From Myxococcota bacterium (GTDB taxonomy: Bacteria; Myxococcota; XYA12-FULL-58-9; JALHOP01), in contig JBGGMJ010000211.1 in NCBI GenBank assembly GCA_041288095.1, positions 1 through 64,000 on the forward strand: a stretch of DNA of 64,000 nucleotides, given 5' to 3'. The notes under the pieces are model-generated. The model had not been told where the DNA came from. It ran no database searches and worked only from the letters and a program-made list of their open reading frames with translations. A program made the translations under genes and the position numbers. Within the stretch, counting starts at the first letter, position 1. The number at the start of each line of letters is the position of its first letter. This document shows positions 39,704 through 50,247 of this stretch, in pieces.

Positions 39704-40629
39704 GCGCGAAGGTCGAGCTCCCAGGTCTGGCTCACGAGGTCCTTGCCGAACATGTGGTTCGGTTGCTCGTGCACCAGCGTGTAACCCTCCGCCTCGTAGA
39801 TGCGGTGCGCGGACTTGAGGATGCTCTGCGTCCACAGCGTCATCGTGTGATAGCCGGCGCTCCTCGCGAAGCGGGTACACTCCTGGACGAGCTTGCGCCC
39901 AACCCCCAGCCCGCGCGCGGCGCGCTCGACGTAGAGCAGGCGCAGGCGGGCAACTCCGGGACGTTCTCGATGGCGGACAACGAACACCGAGCCCAGCATG
40001 GCGCCGTTGCGCTCCGCCACCCAACAGGACTCCTTGCCTGCTTCGAAATTCTCGATGAAGTCGGCGGTCACCTTCGCGACCAACGCTTCGTAGCCGTCGT
40101 TCCAGTCGTACTCTTCGGCGTAGACGATGGCCTGGCGCGCCGTGATCATGCCCATGTCGCCAATGCGATGCGGGCGCAGAATGACGGCGTCTTTGCCTGG
40201 GCCGGCGCCGAGCTTGTCCTCGATGAGCCGCATGGCAGCGACGAGGTCCCTCCGTGAGCTCTCGCCCAGCGGTTGGACGAGCTCGAGGATCGCCGCGCGG
40301 GCGCGCTTCTGCAGGTCGTTGAAGACCTTGCGGCCGGCCGCGGTCAGCTCGAGGTTGCTGCGACGTGCGTCCGCCTTCGAGCCGGTCCGCTTGATGAGCT
40401 TCTTGCTCTCGAAACCCTTGAGCATGCGGCTCAGGTAGCCGGCGTCGAGGCCCAGGTCGCGGCCGAGGTCACTCGCGGTCGCTTGAGAACGGTTGGCGAT
40501 CTCGTAGAGGGCGCGTACCTGCGCCAGCGAATAGGGACTGTCCAAGTGCCCATCGTCGAGCGCGCCCACCAGCCGGGTGTAGAAGCGGTTGAATTGGCGG
40601 ATCTCGCCGATGTCTGCCTCGATGCCCAT
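39700..40629 (-). CDS. Bifunctional MarR HTH / GNAT acetyltransferase
   Basis: IRQFNRFYTR..LDAGYLSR wHTH; ARLRLLYVE..RGLGVG..LWT..L..A..IY GNAT. Confidence 0.95.
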   Translation of the reverse strand: MGIEADIGEIRQFNRFYTRLVGALDDGHLDSPYSLAQVRALYEIANRSQATASDLGRDLGLDAGYLSRMLKGFESKKLIKRTGSKADARRSNLELTAAGRKVFNDLQKRARAAILELVQPLGESSRRDLVAAMRLIEDKLGAGPGKDAVILRPHRIGDMGMITARQAIVYAEEYDWNDGYEALVAKVTADFIENFEAGKESCWVAERNGAMLGSVFVVRHRERPGVARLRLLYVERAARGLGVGRKLVQECTRFARSAGYHTMTLWTQSILKSAHRIYEAEGYTLVHEQPNHMFGKDLVSQTWELDLRA

Positions 40630-40630
40630 G

Positions 40631-40666
40631 GTTGCCAGAGTCAACTAAATGCTTGCCAGAGTCAAC
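40631..40666. promoter_or_regulatory. Tandem operator, probably for the MarR-GNAT regulator
   Basis: TTGCCAGAGTCAAC twice (40632-40645, 40653-40666), each an imperfect palindrome GTTGmC-N3-GTCAAC. Confidence 0.7.
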
Positions 40667-40702
40667 GCACTCTCGTGGTGCCACCAGGACATCGTCCTCC
40701 GC

Positions 40703-40729
40703 ACAACCCCGCTGGGAGAGGGTCGATAC
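40703..40729 (+). promoter_or_regulatory. sigma-28-like promoter
   Basis: ACAA-N15-GTCGATAC, 10 nt before ATG 40740. Confidence 0.6.
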
Positions 40730-40739
40730 AAGCGCTGCC

Positions 40740-41999
40740 ATGAACATGCGCGTCAGCGGACAACACCCAGTCGCCTCCAGCAGCACCGACACCCGCCTCA
40801 AGACGCTGACACCTTTGACCGAGTGGTCGGCCGCGCAGCTCACCGAGATGCGCAGCAGGCTCGGCCTCGACGGCATCCAGCTACCGCCGGTCCGCACCGG
40901 GATCGCGCTCTATCGCGTGACCTACGCGACGCCGGACATCCGCGGCAACGCCACCACGGCGAGCGGGCTCCTCATGGTGCCGCTGGAGAAGAAAGAGCCG
41001 GCTCCGGTCCTGAGCTATCAGCACGGCACCACCGCGGGGCGGGACGCGGGCCCCTCGCGCAACCTCAAGGCTTCGCAGCACCTCATGGTCGCCGCCGTCT
41101 ATGGCGCAGCCGGATATCTCGGCGTGCTTGCCGACTACATCGGCTTCGGCGACTCGGCCGAGCCCAACCCCGAGCAGTACAAGGACCCCTCGCTCGTCAA
41201 CGTGCACGGCGCCAACCATCGGCGCATCATGCACCCCTATTGCAACGCCAAGACCGAGGCATCCGCTTGCGCGGACTTGCTGATCGCGGCGGGTGAAGCG
41301 GCCGAGCAACTAGGCGTGAAGCTGTCGGGCAAGCTCTTCTTGAGCGGCTACTCGCAGGGCGGCCAAGCGAGCATGGCGCTGCACCGACACCTCGAGACCG
41401 ACAGCGAGCTCAAGCGTCGCTTCAAGGTCACGGCCTCGGCGCCCATCGCCGGCCCGCACGACATCGTGCGCACCGTCGAGCGACTCCTCGAGCGCCCGAA
41501 CCCGATCTTCGGCACCGCGACTTTCGCCTACGGCATGATGGCGCGCGACCATGTCGGCAAGTTCTGGCCCAAGGTCACCGACTTCCTGGTGAGCCCGTAC
41601 GCCGAGCGCGCCTGGACCAACTTCTCCGAGCCACCGCCAGGGCGCGACGAATATCCCTGGAAGGATGGTTTCTCGGGCGTCGACCCGAAGAGCATCCTCA
41701 CTCCAAAGGTCTATGCCGATCTGTTCGTCGACGGCCGCATGCGACCCGACACAGAGTACGCTAAAGCGTGCGTCGCGAGCTCCGCGCACCTGGGCTGGAA
41801 GAGCGACACGCCGATCCTGCTCATCAGCCCACGCGAAGACGACATCTGTCCCGTCGATATCAACGGCGTCGACACCGAGCGCACCATGAAGGCCAACGGC
41901 TTCACGCAGGTAGGGCTGCTCTTGGTGCCGGGCGATCACCTCACGGGCGCGCGTGCGGCCTTCGCGGGCGCGGTCGCGTGCATGGAAAAGCTGCGCTAG
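40740..41999 (+). CDS. Secretory-lipase-like alpha/beta hydrolase lacking a signal peptide
   Basis: ASGLLMVP, YQHGT, DYIGFG, GYSQGG, AGPHD, late Asp (EDDICP) and His (GDHL). Confidence 0.85.
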   Translation: MNMRVSGQHPVASSSTDTRLKTLTPLTEWSAAQLTEMRSRLGLDGIQLPPVRTGIALYRVTYATPDIRGNATTASGLLMVPLEKKEPAPVLSYQHGTTAGRDAGPSRNLKASQHLMVAAVYGAAGYLGVLADYIGFGDSAEPNPEQYKDPSLVNVHGANHRRIMHPYCNAKTEASACADLLIAAGEAAEQLGVKLSGKLFLSGYSQGGQASMALHRHLETDSELKRRFKVTASAPIAGPHDIVRTVERLLERPNPIFGTATFAYGMMARDHVGKFWPKVTDFLVSPYAERAWTNFSEPPPGRDEYPWKDGFSGVDPKSILTPKVYADLFVDGRMRPDTEYAKACVASSAHLGWKSDTPILLISPREDDICPVDINGVDTERTMKANGFTQVGLLLVPGDHLTGARAAFAGAVACMEKLR

Positions 42000-42409
42000 C
42001 GCTCGACGACTTTCGCGAGCTGCACTAGGTCCCAGAGGTTCCCGTAGAGGTCCTTGAACACCGCCGCCGTACCGTACGGCGCGCTCGTCGGCTCGCGCAC
42101 GAAGGTGATGCCCTTGGCGCGGTAGGCCGCGTAGTCGCGCGCGATGTCGTCGGTGTGCAGGAAGAGAAAGACCCGGCCACCCGATTGGTTGCCGATGAAC
42201 TTCTCCTGTTCGGGTGTGGCCGCGCGCGCCAACAAAAGCTGCGCGCCGCTACCCGCGCCAGGCGGGGCGACGATGACCCAACGCTTCTTCTGCTCGGGAA
42301 CCTCGCTGTCTTCGACGAGGGTAAACCCGAGCTCTCCGACGAAGAAGGCGATGGCTTCGTCGTAATCACGGACGACGAGCGCGATGCACGCAAGTGATTG
42401 ATTGGTCAT
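41996..42409 (-). CDS. VOC family protein
   Basis: LVVRDYDEAIAFF, GNQSGGRVFLFL, FKDLYGNLWDL. Confidence 0.93.
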   Translation of the reverse strand: MTNQSLACIALVVRDYDEAIAFFVGELGFTLVEDSEVPEQKKRWVIVAPPGAGSGAQLLLARAATPEQEKFIGNQSGGRVFLFLHTDDIARDYAAYRAKGITFVREPTSAPYGTAAVFKDLYGNLWDLVQLAKVVER

Positions 42410-42432
42410 GTGTCTCCTCGTACATCATCGTC

Positions 42433-43086
42433 ATGCTCCGCTACGACGAAAGACTTCGAACGCTCGCGCTGGGTTTCGCGATGCTTGCGGGCTTCGTCGA
42501 CACCATCGGTTTTCTGATGTCGGGCGGCCTGTTCGTCTCCTTCATGAGCGGCAACTCGACGCGCCTCGCGATTGGCTTCTCCGAGACCAGCAGATTGGTC
42601 GGGCAAGCAGCGATGCTCATCGCCCTGTTCGTCCTGGGGGTGGTGACGAACGTCGTCGTGTGCGCTCGCGTTGGGGCGGCGCAGCGCAAGGTCACAGCGT
42701 GCGCGGTCGTGGCCGTCTTGCTCGTGGCTTCGGCGACGCTGCAATCGCTCGCGTGGCCTCGGGGGACGGTCTGGGCCGTGTGCCTGGCGATGGGGGCGGC
42801 CAACGTCGTGTTTCAGCGTGAAGGCGAGGTCAGCATCGGCGTCACGTACATGACCGGCAACCTGGTGCGGCTGGGCTATCGCATCGCCTACGCCTTGCTC
42901 GGTCAGGACCGCACCGCGTGGCTCCCCTATCTGCTGTTGTGGATCGCCTTCGTGCTCGGTGGCATCGGCGGCGCGCTGACCTACCGCGCTTCGGCGGCCC
43001 TTTGTTTGTGGGCCGCCGCGGCTTTCGCAATGGTGCTCGTCGTCGTCGCGCGGGTGCTCACGAGACCGCGATATCGAAGTGCATGA
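42433..43086 (+). CDS. YoaK/DUF1275 membrane protein
   Basis: AGFVDTIGF..FVSFMSGNST, TYMTGNL. Confidence 0.9.
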   Translation: MLRYDERLRTLALGFAMLAGFVDTIGFLMSGGLFVSFMSGNSTRLAIGFSETSRLVGQAAMLIALFVLGVVTNVVVCARVGAAQRKVTACAVVAVLLVASATLQSLAWPRGTVWAVCLAMGAANVVFQREGEVSIGVTYMTGNLVRLGYRIAYALLGQDRTAWLPYLLLWIAFVLGGIGGALTYRASAALCLWAAAAFAMVLVVVARVLTRPRYRSA

Positions 43087-43104
43087 CGTCTTGCTGTGCG
43101 CAGC

Positions 43105-44667
<1,563 letters not shown>

Positions 44668-44746
44668 GCCCCCGAAATCGCAGAGACGGCTCGGACTCGC
44701 AAGCGTTGAGCGAAGGCGTCGGCTTCGTGGTACAGAAAATGGGCAA

Positions 44747-46105
44747 ATGAATCGTTCCCGTCTGGGCGTTCTATCCCCTCTCCTCCTCGCTTTTGCCCTC
44801 GCCTGCGCCAGCGGTGGCGGTAGCGGCGTTGGCAGCAGCGCCAGCCGCGCCAACATGAGCGGCGACGAGCTGCGCTCGAAGGGTGACCTGAGTGGCGCCT
44901 ATTCGGCCTACTTCAAGGAAGCGCAGAAGAAGCCCGACAACGAGAAGGTCCACGTCAACCTCGGCGAGGTCGCGGTCGACCTGAAGAAGTACGACGAAGC
45001 CGTCGTTGCCCTCGAGAAGGCCAAGCAGCTTGGCGCCGGTAATCGCGCGACCGTGGCCCTGGCGGCCGCCAAGGCCGGGCAAGGCAAATACGACGAGGCG
45101 TCCGCCATGATGGACGAAGTCCTCAACGATGACGACGACGCCGAGAACTTCTACAAGGCCGGCAACATCAAGCTCGCCGCCCGCAAGCCCCGCGAAGCCC
45201 AGCCGCTGCTCGAGACCGCGCTCAAGAAGGACAAGAAGCTCGAGCACCAGGGCGCCGTCGGCCGTTGCCAATCCGCGCTCGGCCAGCACGAGGAAGCCAT
45301 CAAGACGCTCGATGGCGTGCTCAAGCAGTACAAGAAGCAAGGTGCCGTCGCCGCCGAGATGGAAGTCTCGCTCGCCAACTCGATGGTCGCCACCGGCCGC
45401 CTCGAGGAGGCGTTCCAAAAGTATCGCCACGCCGCCGGCATGGACCCGCGCAACGGCGAGGCTCAAGCACGCTACGCCGCTATGATGCGCGAGCGCGGCG
45501 ACATCGAGGGCGCCATCACGGTGCTCAAGGCCGCCGAGTCCAAACAGCCGCACTCGGGTATCGTCCAATACCAGCTCGGCCTCGCCTACAAGGACTTCAA
45601 GCTGCGCGAGCAGGCCGTCATCGCCCTGCAGAAGGCCATCCAGTACGACCCCAGCCTCGGCGAGGCATACACCCCGCTCCTCGCCATGATGGAAGAGGAT
45701 AAGGTCTCGACCGACAAGCTCTACGGTACCCTCGAGGCCGCGGCCAACGGGGCTCCGGGCGACTTCGAGCTGCAAATGCGCTTCGGGAAGCTCGCCGAAG
45801 GCAAGAAGCAGTACGCTAAAGCGCTCGCTGCCTACGACCGCGCGGTGAAGGCGACGCCCGGCAACGTCGAGGCGAACTTCGCCCTCGGGTCGATGCAAGT
45901 CGTGATGGGCAAGATCGAGGACGCGAAGCAATCGTACGACGCGCTGCGTACCATCGACGAGATGAAGGCGGCCGACTTGCTCACGCTGATCGAGCGCGTT
46001 CCAGCGCAGCCGCAACCTAAGCAGGCACAGGCCGACGCGCAGCCGAAGCCCAAGAACAAGGCGAAGCCGTCGAAGAAGGCCAAGGGCAAGAAGAAAGGCC
46101 GTTAG
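44747..46105 (+). CDS. TPR-repeat lipoprotein
   Basis: Lipobox ALAC; many TPR-like helical pairs; Lys-rich C-terminus. Confidence 0.85.
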   Translation: MNRSRLGVLSPLLLAFALACASGGGSGVGSSASRANMSGDELRSKGDLSGAYSAYFKEAQKKPDNEKVHVNLGEVAVDLKKYDEAVVALEKAKQLGAGNRATVALAAAKAGQGKYDEASAMMDEVLNDDDDAENFYKAGNIKLAARKPREAQPLLETALKKDKKLEHQGAVGRCQSALGQHEEAIKTLDGVLKQYKKQGAVAAEMEVSLANSMVATGRLEEAFQKYRHAAGMDPRNGEAQARYAAMMRERGDIEGAITVLKAAESKQPHSGIVQYQLGLAYKDFKLREQAVIALQKAIQYDPSLGEAYTPLLAMMEEDKVSTDKLYGTLEAAANGAPGDFELQMRFGKLAEGKKQYAKALAAYDRAVKATPGNVEANFALGSMQVVMGKIEDAKQSYDALRTIDEMKAADLLTLIERVPAQPQPKQAQADAQPKPKNKAKPSKKAKGKKKGR

Positions 46106-46107
46106 CG

Positions 46108-46800
46108 ATGAGTGTCCTCGCCGTCGACATTGGTGGCAGCAACCTCAAGTTCCGCACCCAGCACCACAAGAAGCATGTCTCGGTGCCGTCAGGGCCGAAG
46201 TTCACGCCCCGCCAGATGATCACCGCTATCGCGGAGCACACCGCCGGCTGGAAGTTCGACCGCGTCACCCTCGGCTACCCAGGCCCGGTGGCGAACGACC
46301 GTCCCCTGCTCGAGCCCCACAACCTTGGCGGTGGCTGGGCGCGCTTCGACTACGCGAAGGCCTTCAAACGCCCGGTGCGCATGATCAACGACGCCGCGAT
46401 GCAAGCCCTCGGCGCCTACCGCGGCGGCCGCATGTTGTTCCTCGGGCTCGGCACGGGCCTCGGCTCCGCTCTCGTCCTCGACGGCGTCGTGCAACCGATG
46501 GAGCTCGCCCACTTGAGCTGGAGAAAGGGCAAGACCTTCGAAGAGCACCTCGGCGAGGCAGCGCTGCTCACCGAAGGCAAGAAGGCCTGGCGCAAGACGG
46601 TCACGCGCGCCATCGAGGACCTCTCGGCGGCATTCCTGGTCGAATACATCGTCATCGGCGGCGGCAACGCCAAGCGCCTCAAGGACGTCCCCGACAACGT
46701 GTTCATCGGCAGCAACGCGGACGCCTTCGTCGGCGCCTTCCGCGTCTGGGACGACCATGTGGTCAGCCCGCGCCGGATTTCCCCACGGCTCGCCGGCTAA
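46108..46800 (+). CDS. ROK family kinase (polyphosphate glucokinase-like)
   Basis: VDIGGS, NDAAMQALG, LGLGTGLGSA, IGGGNA. Confidence 0.85.
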   Translation: MSVLAVDIGGSNLKFRTQHHKKHVSVPSGPKFTPRQMITAIAEHTAGWKFDRVTLGYPGPVANDRPLLEPHNLGGGWARFDYAKAFKRPVRMINDAAMQALGAYRGGRMLFLGLGTGLGSALVLDGVVQPMELAHLSWRKGKTFEEHLGEAALLTEGKKAWRKTVTRAIEDLSAAFLVEYIVIGGGNAKRLKDVPDNVFIGSNADAFVGAFRVWDDHVVSPRRISPRLAG

Positions 46801-46859
46801 ATGGGGACACTAACCATTTTCGCTATGTGCCGTTGGAAAAATGGTTAGTGTCCCCATTT
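46799..46859. repeat. Perfect 22-bp AT-rich inverted repeat (REP-like element or bidirectional terminator)
   Basis: AAATGGGGACACTAACCATTTT (46799-46820), 17-nt loop, AAAATGGTTAGTGTCCCCATTT (46838-46859) between convergent genes. Confidence 0.9.
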
Positions 46860-46864
46860 TACGA

Positions 46865-48352
<1,488 letters not shown>

Positions 48353-48375
48353 TCAACGCGTCACCCCAGACTCGG

Positions 48376-48403
48376 GCAACAGAAGACGATCCCAATCCGA
48401 TAC
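48376..48403 (+). promoter_or_regulatory. sigma-28-like promoter
   Basis: GCAA-N16-TCCGATAC. Confidence 0.75.
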
Positions 48404-48457
48404 TGGGAAACAACGCTGGATTCGCTTGGACCGGGATTTGCCAGCAGGGAGAGGCCA

Positions 48458-48838
48458 ATGAGCATCGACAACGTAGACCGCGCTGGAACCATCATGCCCG
48501 ATATTGGGAACGTGAAGCCCTACAAGGGCCCGAAGCCCAACATCGATCTAACGCAGCTCAGCTACGACCCGACGACCCGCAAGCTTCAGGTCAAGTGGAC
48601 CGCCAGCGACATCATCGAATCGCTGAAGCCCGTCATCGAGAAGAAGAATGGCGAGCTCCACGTGCAGCTCCAGAAGAGCGCGCCTGTTCAGATGAATAGC
48701 ACCGGCGGCTTCACCATTGGCGCGGGTGGCGCGGCCATGACCGAGCACACCGACGATGTGCAGCTTCCGGTGCTGGCCAAGGGCACGACCATCAAAGTGT
48801 GGAACGGCGACGTCGACGCCGGCACCTTCATCGCCTAG
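48458..48838 (+). CDS. Orphan beta-rich protein (126 aa)
   Basis: GGGAGAGG RBS; strong GC3 bias; no signal peptide. Confidence 0.8.
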   Translation: MSIDNVDRAGTIMPDIGNVKPYKGPKPNIDLTQLSYDPTTRKLQVKWTASDIIESLKPVIEKKNGELHVQLQKSAPVQMNSTGGFTIGAGGAAMTEHTDDVQLPVLAKGTTIKVWNGDVDAGTFIA

Positions 48839-48852
48839 AAGCGAACCGAGAC

Positions 48853-48877
48853 GCGGGCGGCACTCAACACCGCCCGC
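48853..48877. terminator. GC-rich hairpin between convergent genes
   Basis: GCGGGCGG-N9-CCGCCCGC. Confidence 0.55.
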
Positions 48878-48889
48878 ATCCCGCGACCG

Positions 48890-50233
48890 CTAGTCCTCCG
48901 GATAGCTCGCCCAGCCAGTCGTCCAATCGTCGGCGCCAATACCGCCGATGAAGGTGGCGCTGGTGTCGAAGAAGCCGTCGGCCGGCGGGGTCAGCCCGGT
49001 CAGGAACGACGCGGGCTGGAAGCTCGGCGCCGTCAGATGCGTGCTCGCCGCGGGCAGACCCGGGTCGACAGCGACGTTGGCGAGCGCATCCGCCATGAAC
49101 GCGACGGCCTCTTCGAAGCCATTGTCGTTGTTGGCGCTGCCGCTGCTTTCGTCTTGCCAGTTCACGCCACCGGCGTTGCTCCAGAACACCGAGCTTTGGA
49201 CCGCGAGGCGGGCGCCGAAGCCCTGCGTCGTTGCGCTATCGCGGACGTCCACGGCGGAGCTCTTGAAGCTCGCGAAGATGTGGTTGCCGTAGATGCCGGC
49301 GGTGCCGCGACGCAAGACCGCGCCCCGCGACGAGGTCGGCGTCGACGCGCTGCCGATGAGCGTCGCGTTGAAGATGGTCGGTTCGGTGCGCGGCAAGGCA
49401 TTGTAGTCCTGACCGTCCGGGCGATTGTCCGACTCGTAGCCGTTCGGATCCGAGCTCTGGCCGTTGATATGCTGCACGACCAAGAACTGGGTGCGGCCGC
49501 TCCAACCGAAGTCGGTGTCGAACCCGTCGTCCTGGTTCTGCGAGCTGATGACGTGTCTCAGGTCGGCGGTGCCGCCGAAGAGCTCGACGCCGTCGTCCGA
49601 GCCGCGGTGCACCTGCACGTAGTCGATGACCGTCGAATTGCCGACGCCGCAGAGGGTGAGCGCGTTGAACTCCTTGTCGGTTGCGTAGGTGAAGCCGGCG
49701 AACTCGATGCGGACGTAGCGCAGGATGCCGCTGTCATCGGCGACATCGTCGCCGCCGTAGTCACCCGTCGCGTCGGAGGCAGGCAGCGCCTCGAAGTGTG
49801 GCGAGGGCTCGTTGACGGGCGCGTTGCCGAGGATGAGCAAACCACCCCAGTCGCCGCCGGCGCGCGAGCCTTCTTCCTTGGCACTGGTGAAGACGATGGG
49901 CTCGGCCTCGGTGCCTTCAGCGACGATGCGTGCGCCGCGCGGGACGATCAGCGCCGCGCCGGTAAGGCCACGGATGGTCGTGCCCGGAGCGATCTCCAGG
50001 GTCACGCCCGACGCGACGGTGACGTAGCCGCCGTCGTTGCGTGGCGACAGGATCCAGTCGCCCGCGGCGAGGCGCGTGTCGGTGGTTACGTCGAGGTTCA
50101 AGCAGTTGGTGATGCCCGCGCAGCCGCCCTGCCCGTCATTCAATCCGACCTCGTTGCCGCCATCTTCTTCACTGCCGCACGCCGCCATGGCGGTCGCCAG
50201 CAATCCTGCAATGAGCACACTGTTGCGGTGCAT
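48890..50233 (-). CDS. Beta-helix lipoprotein partnered with the TonB-dependent receptor
   Basis: Lipobox MAAC; TLEIAPGT, AEGT..PIVFTS, GDWGGL, LRYVRIEFAG, DDGVELFGG, DWTTGW. Confidence 0.85.
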   Translation of the reverse strand: MHRNSVLIAGLLATAMAACGSEEDGGNEVGLNDGQGGCAGITNCLNLDVTTDTRLAAGDWILSPRNDGGYVTVASGVTLEIAPGTTIRGLTGAALIVPRGARIVAEGTEAEPIVFTSAKEEGSRAGGDWGGLLILGNAPVNEPSPHFEALPASDATGDYGGDDVADDSGILRYVRIEFAGFTYATDKEFNALTLCGVGNSTVIDYVQVHRGSDDGVELFGGTADLRHVISSQNQDDGFDTDFGWSGRTQFLVVQHINGQSSDPNGYESDNRPDGQDYNALPRTEPTIFNATLIGSASTPTSSRGAVLRRGTAGIYGNHIFASFKSSAVDVRDSATTQGFGARLAVQSSVFWSNAGGVNWQDESSGSANNDNGFEEAVAFMADALANVAVDPGLPAASTHLTAPSFQPASFLTGLTPPADGFFDTSATFIGGIGADDWTTGWASYPED

Positions 50234-50247
50234 GACATCCCTCTCCG

